In this document: positions 1-8,408 of the stretch, piece by piece
Layout: the number at the start of each line of letters is the position of its first letter
Numbering within the stretch: the stretch's first letter is position 1
NCBI GenBank assembly: GCA_018822365.1
Contig: JAHJKL010000052.1
Coordinates: 104-64,103 of the forward strand
From: Candidatus Margulisiibacteriota bacterium
Lineage (GTDB): Bacteria; Margulisbacteria; WOR-1; O2-12-FULL-45-9; XYB2-FULL-48-7
Direction: 5' to 3'
DNA length: 64,000 bases
Notes under the pieces: generated by a model
What the model was told of the DNA's origin: nothing
What the model saw: only the letters and a program-made list of their open reading frames with translations
The model's database searches: none
Program-made: the position numbers and the translations under genes

Positions 1-2689
1 GAAACCGGTTAAAGGGAAAGACCGCTTCTTTGACAGAAAAATGTTTGACCTCAACTTCGCTCGCTTTCTGTGCTTTGAGCGATTTGCCAAGCATAACCTT
101 GGTCGCGACTTTGGCCCAGGGGACACCGGTCGCTTTGCTGACAAAGGGGACAGTCCGGGAGGCGCGGGGGTTAACTTCTAAAACGTAAACCTTCCCCCCC
201 TTGATCGCGAACTGGGTGTTCATCAGGCCAATAACTTTAAGTTCTTTGGCCATGGCATAGGTGTTTTTCCTGATCGTTTCAACCACGCTCTTGCTCAAGG
301 AATACGGCGGAATGGAGCAGGCCGAATCCCCCGAATGGATCCCCGCTTCTTCAATATGCTCCATAATGCCGCAGATCATCGTCTGCTTGCCGTCGGACAC
401 GCAGTCAACATCAACTTCAATGGCATCATCCAGGAACTTGTCGACCAGGATTGGATGTTCAGGCGAAACCTTCACCGCGTTCTGCATAAAGTCTTCCAGT
501 TCGTCTTCGCCGTAGACCAGCCGCATCGCCCGTCCGCCCAGAACATAGCTTGGCCGGACCAGAACCGGGTAGCCGATCCGGTTGGCGATCTTTTTTGCTT
601 CTACTTTTGACGTGGCAGTCCCGTTCGGCGGTTGATTGAGCTTGAGCTTGCGGAGCATCGCCGCGAAACGTTTGCGGTCTTCCGCCCTGTCGATCGAAGC
701 TGGCGATGTCCCGATGATCGGCACCCCCGCCTTCTCCAGCGCCAGAGCGATATTGAGCGGGGTCTGTCCGCCAAACTGGACTATCACCCCGTCCGGATGC
801 TCTTTGTCAACAATATTCAGCACGTCTTCGACCGTCACCGGCTCAAAATAGAGGCGGTCGGAGGTGTCATAATCGGTCGAGACCGTTTCCGGGTTGGAAT
901 TGACCATGATCGATTCAAGACCTTCTTCGCGGATCGCGAAGGAGGCGTGGACACAGCAGTAATCGAACTCGATCCCCTGCCCGATCCGGTTCGGCCCGCC
1001 CCCCAGGATCATGATCTTTTTCTTTTGGGAACTTCTGACCTCGCACTCGGTCTCGTAAGTCGAATAATAATACGGGGTATAGGCCTCAAATTCCGCGGCG
1101 CAGGTGTCGACCAGCTTATAGACCGCCGCCACTCCAAGCTCTTTTCGCTTTTTTCTGACCTCTTCGGGCGTCTCCCCGGTCAAATAAGCGAGTTGTTTAT
1201 CGGAAAAACCGTATTGTTTGGCACGAAACAGCGCCTCTTTGTCTTTTAATATTTTCTGACTTGATGCCTTGATCCCTTTCTCCTCATCAATGATCTCCTT
1301 CATATTCCGCAGGAACCAGCGGTCGATCCTGGAAAGTTCAAAGACCTCATCCATGGTCATCCCGGACTGAAGGGCATGCTTCACGTAAAATATCCGGTCG
1401 GGGTTCGGGATAGTCAGTTTGTTGTTCAATAACTCTGGGTTGACCTCATCTTTACCATCAGCACCAAGACCGGCCCGGCCGATCTCAAGGGAACGGAGCC
1501 CTTTTTGCAGCGCTTCTTTAAAGGTCCGGCCAATCGCCATCGTCTCGCCGACCGACTTCATCGAAGTCCCAATGATCGGCTCGGCATCGGGGAATTTTTC
1601 AAACGTAAAGCGCGGGATCTTAATAACACAGTAATCGATCGACGGTTCAAAGGAGGCCGGGGTCTCTTTGGTAATGTCGTTGGGGATCTCGTCCAATGTA
1701 TAACCAACCGCCAACTTGGCGGCAAACTTGGCGATCGGGAAGCCGGTCGCCTTGGAGGCCAGGGCAGAGGAGCGAGAAACACGCGGGTTCATTTCAATGA
1801 TCACCACCCGTCCGGTATCAGGATGGACCGCGAATTGAATATTGGAGCCCCCCGTTTCGACCCCGATCGCCCGAATGACCGCGATCGACTGGTCCCGCAG
1901 GTTTTGATATTCCCGGTCGGTCAGGGTCTGCGCCGGCGCGACGGTGATCGAATCGCCGGTGTGGACCCCCATTGGGTCAAAGTTCTCGATCGAACAGATA
2001 ATGACGACGTTATCTTTCTTGTCGCGCATTACTTCCAGCTCGTACTCTTTCCAGCCGGTCAAATTCTCTTCGATCAGGATCTCGCTGGTCGGCGAAAGCT
2101 CCAGGCCCAGCTTGGCGATCTTCTCAAATTCGTCAATGTTGTAGGCGATCCCGGAACCGGTCCCCCCCAGGGTAAAGCTCGGCCGGATAATGACCGGCAA
2201 GCCGACCTTTTCCATCGTCACCCTTGCCTCTTCCATGTTGTGGGCAAAGCCAGATTTAGGGACATCAAGCCCCGCTTTTTCCATCGCCTGCTTAAAGAGG
2301 TCCCTTTCTTCCGCCATTTTGATCGACGCGATATTCGCCCCGATCACTTCAACTTTGAATTTATCCAGTACTCCCATTTCCGCCAGTTTTACCGCGGTGT
2401 TGAGGGCGGTCTGCCCGCCAAGCGTCGGCAGCAGCGCGTCGGGACGTTCTTTTTCAATTATCTTGGCGCACATTTCCGGCGTTATCGGCTCAACATAGGT
2501 CCGGTGAGCGAGCTCCGGGTCGGTCATAATTGTCGCCGGGTTGGAGTTGATCAGAATTACTTCGTACCCCTCTTCTTTCAGCGCTTTGCACGCCTGCGAA
2601 CCGGAGTAATCAAACTCGCACGCCTGGCCGATAACGATCGGCCCGGCCCCGATGATCATGATCTTTTTAATGTCAGTGCGTTTAGGCAT
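1..2689 (-). CDS. carB: carbamoyl-phosphate synthase large subunit (N-terminal ~896 codons; C-terminus runs off the window start)
   Basis: Absent from the ORF track because no stop lies in the window. My translation from the ATG at 2687-2689 gives [36 protein letters not shown]. In the same frame near the window start it gives [41 protein letters not shown]. Both are classic CarB ATP-grasp signatures. Confidence 0.93.
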   Translation of the reverse strand, partial: MPKRTDIKKIMIIGAGPIVIGQACEFDYSGSQACKALKEEGYEVILINSNPATIMTDPELAHRTYVEPITPEMCAKIIEKERPDALLPTLGGQTALNTAVKLAEMGVLDKFKVEVIGANIASIKMAEERDLFKQAMEKAGLDVPKSGFAHNMEEARVTMEKVGLPVIIRPSFTLGGTGSGIAYNIDEFEKIAKLGLELSPTSEILIEENLTGWKEYELEVMRDKKDNVVIICSIENFDPMGVHTGDSITVAPAQTLTDREYQNLRDQSIAVIRAIGVETGGSNIQFAVHPDTGRVVIIEMNPRVSRSSALASKATGFPIAKFAAKLAVGYTLDEIPNDITKETPASFEPSIDYCVIKIPRFTFEKFPDAEPIIGTSMKSVGETMAIGRTFKEALQKGLRSLEIGRAGLGADGKDEVNPELLNNKLTIPNPDRIFYVKHALQSGMTMDEVFELSRIDRWFLRNMKEIIDEEKGIKASSQKILKDKEALFRAKQYGFSDKQLAYLTGETPEEVRKKRKELGVAAVYKLVDTCAAEFEAYTPYYYSTYETECEVRSSQKKKIMILGGGPNRIGQGIEFDYCCVHASFAIREEGLESIMVNSNPETVSTDYDTSDRLYFEPVTVEDVLNIVDKEHPDGVIVQFGGQTPLNIALALEKAGVPIIGTSPASIDRAEDRKRFAAMLRKLKLNQPPNGTATSKVEAKKIANRIGYPVLVRPSYVLGGRAMRLVYGEDELEDFMQNAVKVSPEHPILVDKFLDDAIEVDVDCVSDGKQTMICGIMEHIEEAGIHSGDSACSIPPYSLSKSVVETIRKNTYAMAKELKVIGLMNTQFAIKGGKVYVLEVNPRASRTVPFVSKATGVPWAKVATKVMLGKSLKAQKASEVEVKHFSVKEAVFPFNRF

Positions 2690-2714
2690 TCAGTCTATCC
2701 TTTTCGGGAAGCCA

Positions 2715-2733
2715 GTCCCGATCGGATCGGGAC
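2715..2733 (-). other. 8-bp perfect hairpin (GTCCCGAT-3 nt-ATCGGGAC) in the 64-nt spacer upstream of carB
   Basis: The palindrome was read directly from the sequence. No U-tract follows it on the coding strand, so it is not a canonical terminator. Confidence 0.5.
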
Positions 2734-2753
2734 GGTTTCCATCCATTCATTTG

Positions 2754-3605
2754 TCATTTGTTGTACCCTTCAATTCGCATCAACTCATCCTGTTCTCCCA
2801 ACCCCAAATAATTTTCTTTGGACACAACCTTTTTACCGCTTCGCTTCTCCAGGTCTTCCCTTGCTCTTCCCGCCACCGCGCCGCCTGCCCGTGCTGTTTT
2901 TTTGTTTTCATTAAAACCCTTGGGGTTTTTATTGCGAGTAATTTCGGTAGTGGCCGCCTCACCAAGTATAGAGAAAATCAGCTCCAAATCGGTCATATGG
3001 TCGCGCAAATTCTCTCTGTTCAGGCCTTTGTGTTTTTTGTATTCACTCAGCGTCATGCCAAAAGCCGCATTAGCTATCTCTGCGGTCAAAATCGCGTATT
3101 CCTTTTGCTCCTTTATTCCCCTTTTTTGCCATTCATCGGTCAGTTCTTCCCTGATCGCGATACCGCGCATCCGTTTCTCTACCCAAGCCTCCGGGTATCC
3201 TTTTGCTTTATATAAAGCGCGAGTTCTTTTAGTCGCCAGTTCAGGATCTTCGATCTCCTGGATCCGTTCGTATCCAACCTTTGCCAACCAGCGCTTAAAT
3301 GGCTCGGCTTTGATTGAAGGAATTGACTGTATTATACGAAAAACACCTTCAGTATTAGCGCAATTAGTTTCTCTAATTTTCCCATCAGGGGCGCTTAATT
3401 CAAGTGGGGTACAAATTGTACCCCACTTGCCATCCAGCTCATTATCTCTCTGCCTCATTTTTTTAATGTATTGGCGCGGGTCGGAACTATCTGTCAATAC
3501 CTCCACCACATCAGCGACAGAAAACCACCATTCGTCGTTATGGATGGTTTTTCTGATCTCTTTCCCACGGAAAATCGCTATTTGCTTTTCCGGCTTATTT
3601 GTCAT
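2754..3605 (-). CDS. Bro-N domain / DinD-like (DNA-damage-inducible protein D family, phage antirepressor-like) protein
   Basis: The N-terminus, [31 protein letters not shown], looks like a Bro-N domain. The C-terminal helical region resembles E. coli DinD as I remember it. Its ATG overlaps the carA stop (ATGA). Confidence 0.65.
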   Translation of the reverse strand: MTNKPEKQIAIFRGKEIRKTIHNDEWWFSVADVVEVLTDSSDPRQYIKKMRQRDNELDGKWGTICTPLELSAPDGKIRETNCANTEGVFRIIQSIPSIKAEPFKRWLAKVGYERIQEIEDPELATKRTRALYKAKGYPEAWVEKRMRGIAIREELTDEWQKRGIKEQKEYAILTAEIANAAFGMTLSEYKKHKGLNRENLRDHMTDLELIFSILGEAATTEITRNKNPKGFNENKKTARAGGAVAGRAREDLEKRSGKKVVSKENYLGLGEQDELMRIEGYNK

Positions 3606-4726
3606 TTCTTACTCTCCTCAATCATCCCAATAAACTTATCAAATAAATAGTGCGCGTCGCGCGGTCCCGGTCCCGCTTCCGGGTGGTACTGGACCGAAAA
3701 GACCGGCAGTTTGGTATGCCGGAACCCTTCGACCGTTTCGTCATTTAAATTGATATGGGTCACTTCCATCTCTTTGGTAAAAGTTTTGGGATCAACGGCA
3801 AACCCGTGGTTTTGCGAGGTAATGTCAACTTTCCTGGTATTAAGATCCATCGTTGGCTGGTTCCCGCCATGATGGCCAAATTTTAGCTTGTAGGTCTTGG
3901 CCCCCATCGCCAACCCGATGAGCTGGTGGCCAAGGCAAATGCCAAAGATCGGCTTTTTACCGATCAATTGTTTGATGTTTTCAATCGCGTAAGTAACCGC
4001 CGCCGGATCGGCCGGACCGTTTGAGAGAAAAATACCGTCAGGATTCATGGCCAAAACTTCGGCTGCCGGAGTAGTCGCCGGAACAACCGTTATCCTACAG
4101 CCAAGCCGCTGAAAATTGCGCAAAATATTGAACTTAATCCCAAAATCATAAGCGACAATATGATATTTACATTCATTTGTCATTTGACATTGGTCATTTG
4201 ACATTTTAGCGTAGCTAGTTTCATTCCAAACGTAAGGCTTCTTACAGGTAACGACCTTAACCAGGTCGACCCCTTCAACCCCAGACGATTCTTTTGCCTT
4301 TTTTACCAATGCTTGAGTATCGTTTTCTGTGGTAGAAATGATCCCTTTTAGTGATCCTTGCAGACGAAGCCGCCTGGTCAGCATCCGGGTATCGATCCCC
4401 TCGATCCCGATGATCCCGTGCTTTTTTAGATAGTCGTCAAGTTTGCCGGTGGAGCGGAAATTGGAGGCGATTTGAGAGTTTTCTCGGACCACAAACCCTT
4501 CGCAGTGGGGAATAGCCGATTCCAGGTCTTCTTCGTTGATCCCGTAGTTGCCGATCAGCGGATAAGTCATGCAGACGATCTGTCCCTTATATGAAGGATC
4601 GGTCAGTATTTCCTGGTAGCCGGTCAGCGAGGTATTGAAAACAACTTCACCGCATCTTTCCCCTACCGCGCCGAAAGATCTTCCTGCAAATATTGTTCCA
4701 TCTTCTAGTGCGAGTATTGCTTTCAT
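3602..4726 (-). CDS. carA: carbamoyl-phosphate synthase small (glutaminase) subunit
   Basis: [20 protein letters not shown]...[16 protein letters not shown] and the catalytic GICLGHQL and HPEA motifs are present. Confidence 0.95.
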   Translation of the reverse strand: MKAILALEDGTIFAGRSFGAVGERCGEVVFNTSLTGYQEILTDPSYKGQIVCMTYPLIGNYGINEEDLESAIPHCEGFVVRENSQIASNFRSTGKLDDYLKKHGIIGIEGIDTRMLTRRLRLQGSLKGIISTTENDTQALVKKAKESSGVEGVDLVKVVTCKKPYVWNETSYAKMSNDQCQMTNECKYHIVAYDFGIKFNILRNFQRLGCRITVVPATTPAAEVLAMNPDGIFLSNGPADPAAVTYAIENIKQLIGKKPIFGICLGHQLIGLAMGAKTYKLKFGHHGGNQPTMDLNTRKVDITSQNHGFAVDPKTFTKEMEVTHINLNDETVEGFRHTKLPVFSVQYHPEAGPGPRDAHYLFDKFIGMIEESKK

Positions 4727-4732
4727 TTGGTC

Positions 4733-4762
4733 AAAAAAAAGCCCCGAGTCGTGGATCGGGGC
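4733..4762 (-). terminator. intrinsic-terminator-like hairpin plus U8 in the carA leader (candidate attenuator)
   Basis: The minus strand reads GCCCCGA-8 nt loop-TCGGGGC followed by TTTTTTTT. The U-tract ends 6 nt before the carA ATG. Confidence 0.6.
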
Positions 4763-4780
4763 GTTCCCTTTATTGCTTTT

Positions 4781-4810
4781 ATTCTAACACTTGCCCCAAA
4801 ACTGTGTCAA
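4781..4810 (-). promoter_or_regulatory. sigma70-type promoter, TTGACA-18-(TGt)TAGAAT, upstream of the carA leader
   Basis: The minus strand reads TTGACAcagttttggggcaagTGtTAGAAT. Confidence 0.55.
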
Positions 4811-4821
4811 ATGTTTTATAT

Positions 4822-4852
4822 AAAAAAACGGTCCGGGTTTTACCCCGGACCG
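4822..4852 (-). terminator. rho-independent terminator of the RRM protein gene
   Basis: The minus strand has a 9-bp stem CGGTCCGGG / CCCGGACCG with a 6-nt loop, followed by TTTTTTT. It lies 27 nt after the stop. Confidence 0.8.
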
Positions 4853-4878
4853 TTTGACTTTTTCAGGAAAGATCCCGG

Positions 4879-5175
4879 TTAGAACCGGTTGAAATCCCTG
4901 CGTCCGCCGCGATCTCCGCCGCGACCGCCCTCGGTCTTCGGCCGGGCTTCGTTAACGGTGATTTCCCGATCGCCCCACTTATAACCGGTCATCCCGGCAA
5001 TAGCTTTTTCGGCATCGGCATCTTCCATGTCAACAAAACCAAATCCCCGGGACTTGCCCGAGAACTTATCGCTGACTACCCGGGCCGAAATTACGTTGCC
5101 GAATTCAGCGAATTTCGCTTGAAGATCAGCATCGGCAACGGACCATGGCAGGTTACCAACAAATATACTTTTCAT
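4879..5175 (-). CDS. RRM-type RNA-binding protein with an Arg/Gly-rich tail
   Basis: RNP-2 IFVGNL and RNP-1 RGFGFVDM motifs are present. The C-terminal tail reads GGRGGDRGGRRD. Confidence 0.88.
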   Translation of the reverse strand: MKSIFVGNLPWSVADADLQAKFAEFGNVISARVVSDKFSGKSRGFGFVDMEDADAEKAIAGMTGYKWGDREITVNEARPKTEGGRGGDRGGRRDFNRF

Positions 5176-5313
5176 AGTATTTTCTCCTAAATGTGAATTC
5201 TTCTGCGATTAATGGCGTGAGGTCGCTGGGACCACTGAAGACCGGGGCAGAAACTTTGGTATTCATTTGTAACTTCATACATCTGCTCATTAACTTCGAC
5301 TCTTACGTGTTTA

Positions 5314-5342
5314 ATAGTAACACGGCTCTTATTTCTTGTCAA
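5314..5342 (-). promoter_or_regulatory. sigma70-type promoter, TTGACA-17-TACTAT, giving a ~130-nt 5' UTR for the RRM gene
   Basis: Hexamers and spacing were read on the minus strand. The SD AGGAGA precedes the ATG. Confidence 0.55.
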
Positions 5343-5430
5343 TCCTTTTTTTTATCGACTCATGGGGACCGGCCTTGTTGCCGTCCCATCTAAATAGTTA
5401 TCGGTCACCAAGGCAATTAATTTCACTCTA

Positions 5431-6240
5431 TTATGGATACTCCGGCGGCTCAATGATCCCCTCTGCCGTCAGGCCAAGCTGTTCATAGATCTGACCGCTG
5501 GCTCCGGCCGTTTCCACATTTAAAGCCAAATATCCCGACTGGTCACCCGGTCTCAAAAAGAAAGGGGGTTCGGCTAAACGCTTGCAAAACAAAGCGGTAC
5601 CGGTATTAAGGATCTGCCAGCCTTCGAGCCTCCCTTGATCTTCCTTGCTCCCCAGTAAAAAGGAAAGTTCCGGGGATTGCCGGCTCATCTCCGCCAGCCG
5701 ATAACCGGTCCAACCGAGCTCCCAACGGGCATCTTTGAAGTGAAGAAACATTTTAACATGCGCTAATTGATAAGCCGCGCCAAAAGAGGCAAAAGCGGTC
5801 TCCTGCCCCCTGAACGTCTCTTTCTTTGGCGGAAAAAGTACTCTGCCCGGCCAGATCGCGTCAAAAGAGCGGATGATCCCGGCCGCTACCTTGATCGCTG
5901 CAGCATCCGGAGAAGAAACATTCAGCTTCGCGCCTCGCCCGGCAGGGAGGACCGGGGATCCCAACGCCTCTTCGAGCAGAGCGATCGGTATTTCACGGCG
6001 AAAATAGCCATTGCTTGACTGATAAGGACCGAATTTGACGATCCGGCTTCCATCGGCTAAAACTTCTCCAACGCAATATTTCCCTTTTAACGGTTCTTCC
6101 CGCTCCAGGACCCCGGGCCCAATCCTGGCCATTAGTTTGATCCCGGCAATGCGCCGATCAATGTCATCTGCCTTCATTTTCAAACGAAACCTGGCGATGG
6201 TCCTGTTGCTCGGCAATTGAGCCATTATTTTTGACAGCAT
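5431..6240 (-). CDS. hypothetical protein (269 aa), no motif recognised
   Basis: A long ORF whose start overlaps the upstream gene's stop (TAATG). Confidence 0.6.
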   Translation of the reverse strand: MLSKIMAQLPSNRTIARFRLKMKADDIDRRIAGIKLMARIGPGVLEREEPLKGKYCVGEVLADGSRIVKFGPYQSSNGYFRREIPIALLEEALGSPVLPAGRGAKLNVSSPDAAAIKVAAGIIRSFDAIWPGRVLFPPKKETFRGQETAFASFGAAYQLAHVKMFLHFKDARWELGWTGYRLAEMSRQSPELSFLLGSKEDQGRLEGWQILNTGTALFCKRLAEPPFFLRPGDQSGYLALNVETAGASGQIYEQLGLTAEGIIEPPEYP

Positions 6241-6935
6241 TACGGAAGCGCCCCATTCACCTGAGCGTGAAAATCAATATGGGCATGAAAGATCTCCGCT
6301 TCCTTGACCGTTGGAAAAATAAAGAGATCTCCGCTCCTGGTGTAACCGGCCGCGGAGTGGAACCTTTCATCGGCCCTTAGCTCCGCCAGATTGTAGAATT
6401 GAGCGCTCAATCCTGGCAAAAGATGTCCGCCAACGGCAATGTAGCCGCAAAGAAACAGATAATCGACCGGTTTTCCTTCATTGTTATATTTGGCCCAAAA
6501 TTCCAGGGTCGGGGAAAAAGCCTCAGCGACCAGGGTCCTGGTCGGGAAATCAGCCAATGCCTTTAACGGCTGCAGCATCTCAATGCTCCTGAATTGCTTT
6601 TGTAAAAGCGAGCTGTCAAACGGCAGCAAGGTAAAGTCCAACAGCCCCCGCCCGATCGTTCGAGCGGCAGTGATCAAAGGAAGCGGCGCGTTATGGGACT
6701 CCGTTTCAAGCGATTCTCCGGTCGTGGCCAGGACCGATATCCGCCCTTTTAGGTTCGAGAGGTCAAGATCGATCGACCCATCGGGGAACGCCTGGCAGTC
6801 TGCCCGCATAACCCGGACCGCTTTATGGCGGATCCGCTGGTATGCGGCGACAGCTTTGTTGGAACGAAATAATATCCCGTTATTAGCGACTAATAGCATC
6901 AATATTATCTCGGATATTAACCAAAATAATTTCAA
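6240..6935 (-). CDS. hypothetical protein (231 aa) with a hydrophobic N-terminus
   Basis: A long ORF. The start is uncertain: TTG at 6935 or ATG at 6899. The N-terminus LFWLISEIILMLLVANNGILF looks like a TM segment or signal peptide. Confidence 0.55.
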   Translation of the reverse strand: MKLFWLISEIILMLLVANNGILFRSNKAVAAYQRIRHKAVRVMRADCQAFPDGSIDLDLSNLKGRISVLATTGESLETESHNAPLPLITAARTIGRGLLDFTLLPFDSSLLQKQFRSIEMLQPLKALADFPTRTLVAEAFSPTLEFWAKYNNEGKPVDYLFLCGYIAVGGHLLPGLSAQFYNLAELRADERFHSAAGYTRSGDLFIFPTVKEAEIFHAHIDFHAQVNGALP

Positions 6936-6957
6936 CCTGTGCTTCCGCCTTTATTTA

Positions 6958-6966
6958 TGGTATATT
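6958..6966 (+). promoter_or_regulatory. extended -10 element TGgTATATT, 8 nt upstream of the kinase ATG
   Basis: Read directly from the sequence. There is no SD between the -10 and the ATG at 6975. Confidence 0.5.
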
Positions 6967-6974
6967 GCGCGGAC

Positions 6975-8408
6975 ATGACCATTGAGTTGCTGCGATTCCT
7001 TATTTTAGCTTTCGGCTGGCCTTCATTAATTTCGGGGAGCTTGTATTTCCTCTTTTCTTCATACCGGTTTAACCGAAATGTCCATGGCGCGATCTTCGGC
7101 AAATTGGTTTTAATCATGACCTTTGGCTGGCTACTGACTATGTATTGTCTCGGGATAGTCGCTACCCTGGCGATGTTCCTCGATGTCCGGATCGGGGTCC
7201 AATACGTTTTCCCGGTCTTTGTGGTCTGGGCCGCTTCCATGCTGATGATCTACGCCAGCATCAGGCGATGGACCAAAGAAGCGGCGACGATCAACGAGTT
7301 TTACCAGGATATCGAACGAAAATACCAGTCGATCTTTGAGATCTCTCCGGAAGCGATATTGTTGACCGATACCAACGGGATAGTCCTTTCCGCCAACGAC
7401 CGCCTGCAAGAGTGGCTGGGCTACAAGACGGAAGAGATCATCGGCAAGAACCTGATCATTCTCCCTTTCCTGACCGAAGAGAGCAAGGCGATCATTATGA
7501 AGAACTTTTCACGGCGCTTGCAGGGAAAGGCCGCGCCTGCGTATGAAATCACCTTTTTTAACAGCAAGAACCAAGTGATGTGCGGCCGGGTGGTTGACAC
7601 TATAATGAAAGACGAAAAAGGAGCTCCGGTCAGGAGCCTGACCATGATCAGCGACGTAACGGAGCGGATGCAGCTGGAAAAGCTCCGCGAAGACCTGACC
7701 CACATGATCATCCATGATCTCAAGAACCCGCTGACCGGGATCCAGGGGGCAGTCGACCTCCTTCTCAAGGAGCGGGTCGGCCCGATCAATGAAGAGCAAA
7801 AAAAGCTGGCCGGTATCGCCGCCTCCAGCACCAAGAAGCTTTTTAATTTGATCATGGACCTGCTCGATATCAAAAAGATAGAAGAAAACCAGCTTGTCCT
7901 CTCCAGAACAACCTTTTCCGCCCGGGAACTGGCGAACAACCTGGCCTGGGTCGTCAGTTACGGCCAGCAGCAGGGGAAAGTGGTCATTCTCAATAAATTG
8001 ATCGACATCAATATTACCGCCGACCTGAACCTGCTGACCAGGGTGTTGGAAAACCTGCTTTCGAACGCGCTCAAACATACTCCTGACGGCGGCACAATAG
8101 AGCTGCGGATCAGGGAAGAAAAAGATCATCTGGTTTTTGAGGTCGCTGACAACGGCGAAGGGATCCCCCGGGAATGTTTAGCCCGGGTCTTTGATAAATT
8201 CTTCAAGGTCGAGGACCAGAAGATGAAGACCAAGATCGACACCGGCCTGGGACTTACCTTTTGCAAGCTGGCGGTCGAAGCTCACGGCGGCAAGATCGGA
8301 GTTGAAAGCACCGTTGGCCAGGGTTCCCGATTCTACTTTACCCTACCAGCCACCTCCACCACCTCCCCCGCCTCCACCGCCTCCTCCTCCGCTCCCGCCG
8401 CCGCTTGA
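6975..8408 (+). CDS. membrane PAS sensor histidine kinase with no adjacent response regulator
   Basis: TM segments are followed by a PAS region (YQSIFEISPEAILLTD), the H-box IIHDLKNPLTGI and the ATPase G-box DTGLGLTFCKLAVEAHGG. I moved the start from 6939 to the ATG at 6975 (MTIELL). Confidence 0.85.
   Translation: MTIELLRFLILAFGWPSLISGSLYFLFSSYRFNRNVHGAIFGKLVLIMTFGWLLTMYCLGIVATLAMFLDVRIGVQYVFPVFVVWAASMLMIYASIRRWTKEAATINEFYQDIERKYQSIFEISPEAILLTDTNGIVLSANDRLQEWLGYKTEEIIGKNLIILPFLTEESKAIIMKNFSRRLQGKAAPAYEITFFNSKNQVMCGRVVDTIMKDEKGAPVRSLTMISDVTERMQLEKLREDLTHMIIHDLKNPLTGIQGAVDLLLKERVGPINEEQKKLAGIAASSTKKLFNLIMDLLDIKKIEENQLVLSRTTFSARELANNLAWVVSYGQQQGKVVILNKLIDINITADLNLLTRVLENLLSNALKHTPDGGTIELRIREEKDHLVFEVADNGEGIPRECLARVFDKFFKVEDQKMKTKIDTGLGLTFCKLAVEAHGGKIGVESTVGQGSRFYFTLPATSTTSPASTASSSAPAAA

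Noticed and set aside
632-2914. Plus-strand ORFs 632-1249, 1419-1634 and 1505-2914 (up to 469 aa)
   Set aside because: They run antisense to an uninterrupted, unmistakable carB reading frame. Their translations are low-complexity and Arg/Pro/Gly-rich, with no motifs. This is typical of shadow ORFs opposite a GC-biased gene.
2818-3633. Plus-strand 271-aa ORF and other short ORFs overlapping the Bro-N/DinD-like gene
   Set aside because: The translation is Ser/Leu-rich and low-complexity, whereas the opposite strand gives a coherent Bro-N-type protein coupled to carA.
5193-5393. A 66-aa plus-strand ORF in the RRM gene's upstream region
   Set aside because: It overlaps the predicted minus-strand promoter and 5' UTR. 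It has no SD or promoter of its own, and its composition is implausible.
6939-6974. Longer N-terminal extensions offered by the ORF track: kinase at 6939, FliK at 16841, FliO at 19930, response regulator at 26515, Dfx at 59337 and GH57 at 55804
   Set aside because: In each case a downstream start is better supported, by an SD, by a -10 element at leaderless distance, or by an ATGA/TAATG coupling. The extension also adds non-homologous residues or overlaps the upstream gene.
6932-8129. Minus-strand ORFs 6932-7240, 7131-7409, 7421-7939 and 7509-8129
   Set aside because: They are antisense shadows of the PAS histidine kinase, whose H-box and G-box motifs identify the real frame.
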